This document shows positions 62,813 to 64,000 of a DNA stretch of 64,000 nt, piece by piece. The notes beneath the pieces were generated by a model that ran no database searches, was not told the DNA's origin, and saw nothing but the letters and a program-made list of their open reading frames with translations. The translations under genes were made by a program, and so were the position numbers. The stretch is taken from positions 1,632,001-1,696,000 of the forward strand of contig CAUVXB020000001.1 in NCBI GenBank assembly GCA_963555825.3, written 5' to 3'. This stretch comes from Alphaproteobacteria bacterium (GTDB lineage Bacteria; Pseudomonadota; Alphaproteobacteria; JAAXGF01). Within the stretch, counting starts at the first letter, position 1; each line of letters begins with the position of its first letter.

Positions 62813-63367
62813 ATGCGAGTCATCCATACCATTGTCGCTCTCGTGCTGTTCCTCCTGCCGGCCCTGCCGGCGGCGGCCGATCAGAACGATCCCCGCCTCG
62901 ACGGCCTGTTCGAGCAGCTGCGCGAGGCCCCGGACCCGGTGACGGCCCAAGGCATCGAGGCCCAGATCTGGGGCCTCTGGACCACGCATGAGGACGAGGC
63001 AATCAACGGCCTGATGGAGCGGGGGCTGTTCGCCATGGGGCGGCGCGATTACCTGGAGGCTCTGGAGGTCTTCGAGGTCATGGTCGTCCAGGCGCCAAGC
63101 TTTGCCGAGGGTTGGAACAAGCGGGCGACGGTCCATTGGCGGCTGGGCAACCACCAGGACTCGCTGGCGGACATCGCGCGCACGCTGGCGCTCGAGCCGC
63201 GCCATTTCGGCGCCCTGTCGGGGCGTGGCCTCGTCTACACCGAATTGGAGGAGTGGGACATGGCCCTCGATTCCTTCGAGGCGGCGCTGGCGGTCAATCC
63301 CACCATGCGGGGGGCGCGGGCCAACGCCGAGGCCATCCGTCACCTGTTGCAGAACCGCGAAATCTGA
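62813..63367 (+). CDS. Exported TPR-repeat protein
   Basis: Signal peptide; FAEGWNKRAT and LEPRHFGAL.G.G motifs; start set at ATG 62813. Confidence 0.85.
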   Translation: MRVIHTIVALVLFLLPALPAAADQNDPRLDGLFEQLREAPDPVTAQGIEAQIWGLWTTHEDEAINGLMERGLFAMGRRDYLEALEVFEVMVVQAPSFAEGWNKRATVHWRLGNHQDSLADIARTLALEPRHFGALSGRGLVYTELEEWDMALDSFEAALAVNPTMRGARANAEAIRHLLQNREI

Positions 63368-63472
63368 TCCCAAGCGCGATCCACACCATCGGTCATTTTC
63401 AATCTTAAATGATCTGACGACGGATAGTCTCGCCGCTGGCGAGCGCGACGGCCGAACAGGATCAGGATTAAA

Positions 63473-63933
63473 CCCGCATTCCCCAAGTGACCGATCCATC
63501 TGATGCGGTTTCCGTCTGATTCCTGTATAAGAATCAGTGGATTAGATCAGACGGAGGGTGGGTCGAATGCGGAACCTGGAGGGTGAGTCGGATCGGGGGC
63601 TTCTGCGGGCGTTTTTCGACCGAAGACTGAAGTTCGAGTTCCACGGTTCGCGGATCACGTCAGACGCTGGTCTGCTCGCCTATCGTGAACTGGACGAAGC
63701 CCTCGGCCTGACCACGCTGGCCGGTGACGTTATTGCTGACAGCCGGACCGGCAAGAACGGTTGGCACGGCATCATCGGTCTCCTTCGCCAATCCGTCTAT
63801 GGTCGTCTCGCCGGGTACGAGGACGTGAACGACGCCGACCGGCTGGGGCGCGATCCTGCGATGCGGTGGATCGTCGGCGGCAGGGCTGTCGAGCGCGGCG
63901 GCGCATCGACCAGCCAGATGGGCCGGTTCGAGA
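63473..63933 (+). mobile_element. IS1380-family element (5' part), interrupted by an ISKra4-like IS
   Basis: End CCCGCATTCCCC; ITSDAGLL and GYEDVNDA motifs. Confidence 0.88.
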
Positions 63934-64000
63934 GGGTGTGGGTCTGGTATGGAAAATCTAAGTCATTGATTTAGTGCGTTTTTTGTGTCGAGACGAACGG
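63934..64000 (+). mobile_element. Left end of a second copy of the ISKra4-like IS
   Basis: Reverse complement of 4853-4919. Confidence 0.9.

Overview
GC-rich, probably alphaproteobacterial DNA (inferred from gene content) in two parts. Positions ~6.5-20.5 kb are an IS-free island: a degenerate PAPS-reductase-like gene, an Icc-type phosphoesterase, aprM-aprB-aprA-sat, a decaying pqqABCDE operon (stop codon in pqqE), and a Crp regulator with TfuA, YcaO and a 149-aa protein made of a 52-aa leader plus eight tandem 12-aa units (DHGAARYVIEPG). That last locus is the best candidate for a new system: a multi-core thioamidated RiPP or repeat protein, with a perfect CRP box upstream and a second CRP box in front of a broken adenylate cyclase-ATPase-TPR gene. 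About 60% of the window (hand tally, ~39 kb) is insertion sequence from the IS21, ISKra4-like, IS3 (three types), IS1182-like, IS256 (two types), IS630 (two types), IS110/IS1111, IS1380 and IS1595 families plus MITEs. These are deeply nested and have broken at least five host genes that can be rejoined across target duplications. All four IS1182-like copies sit at the same register inside IS256 terminal repeats. The IS1111 element has a downstream non-coding region in which target and donor guide segments can be read directly. All coordinates and alignments were worked out by eye, with no database searches.
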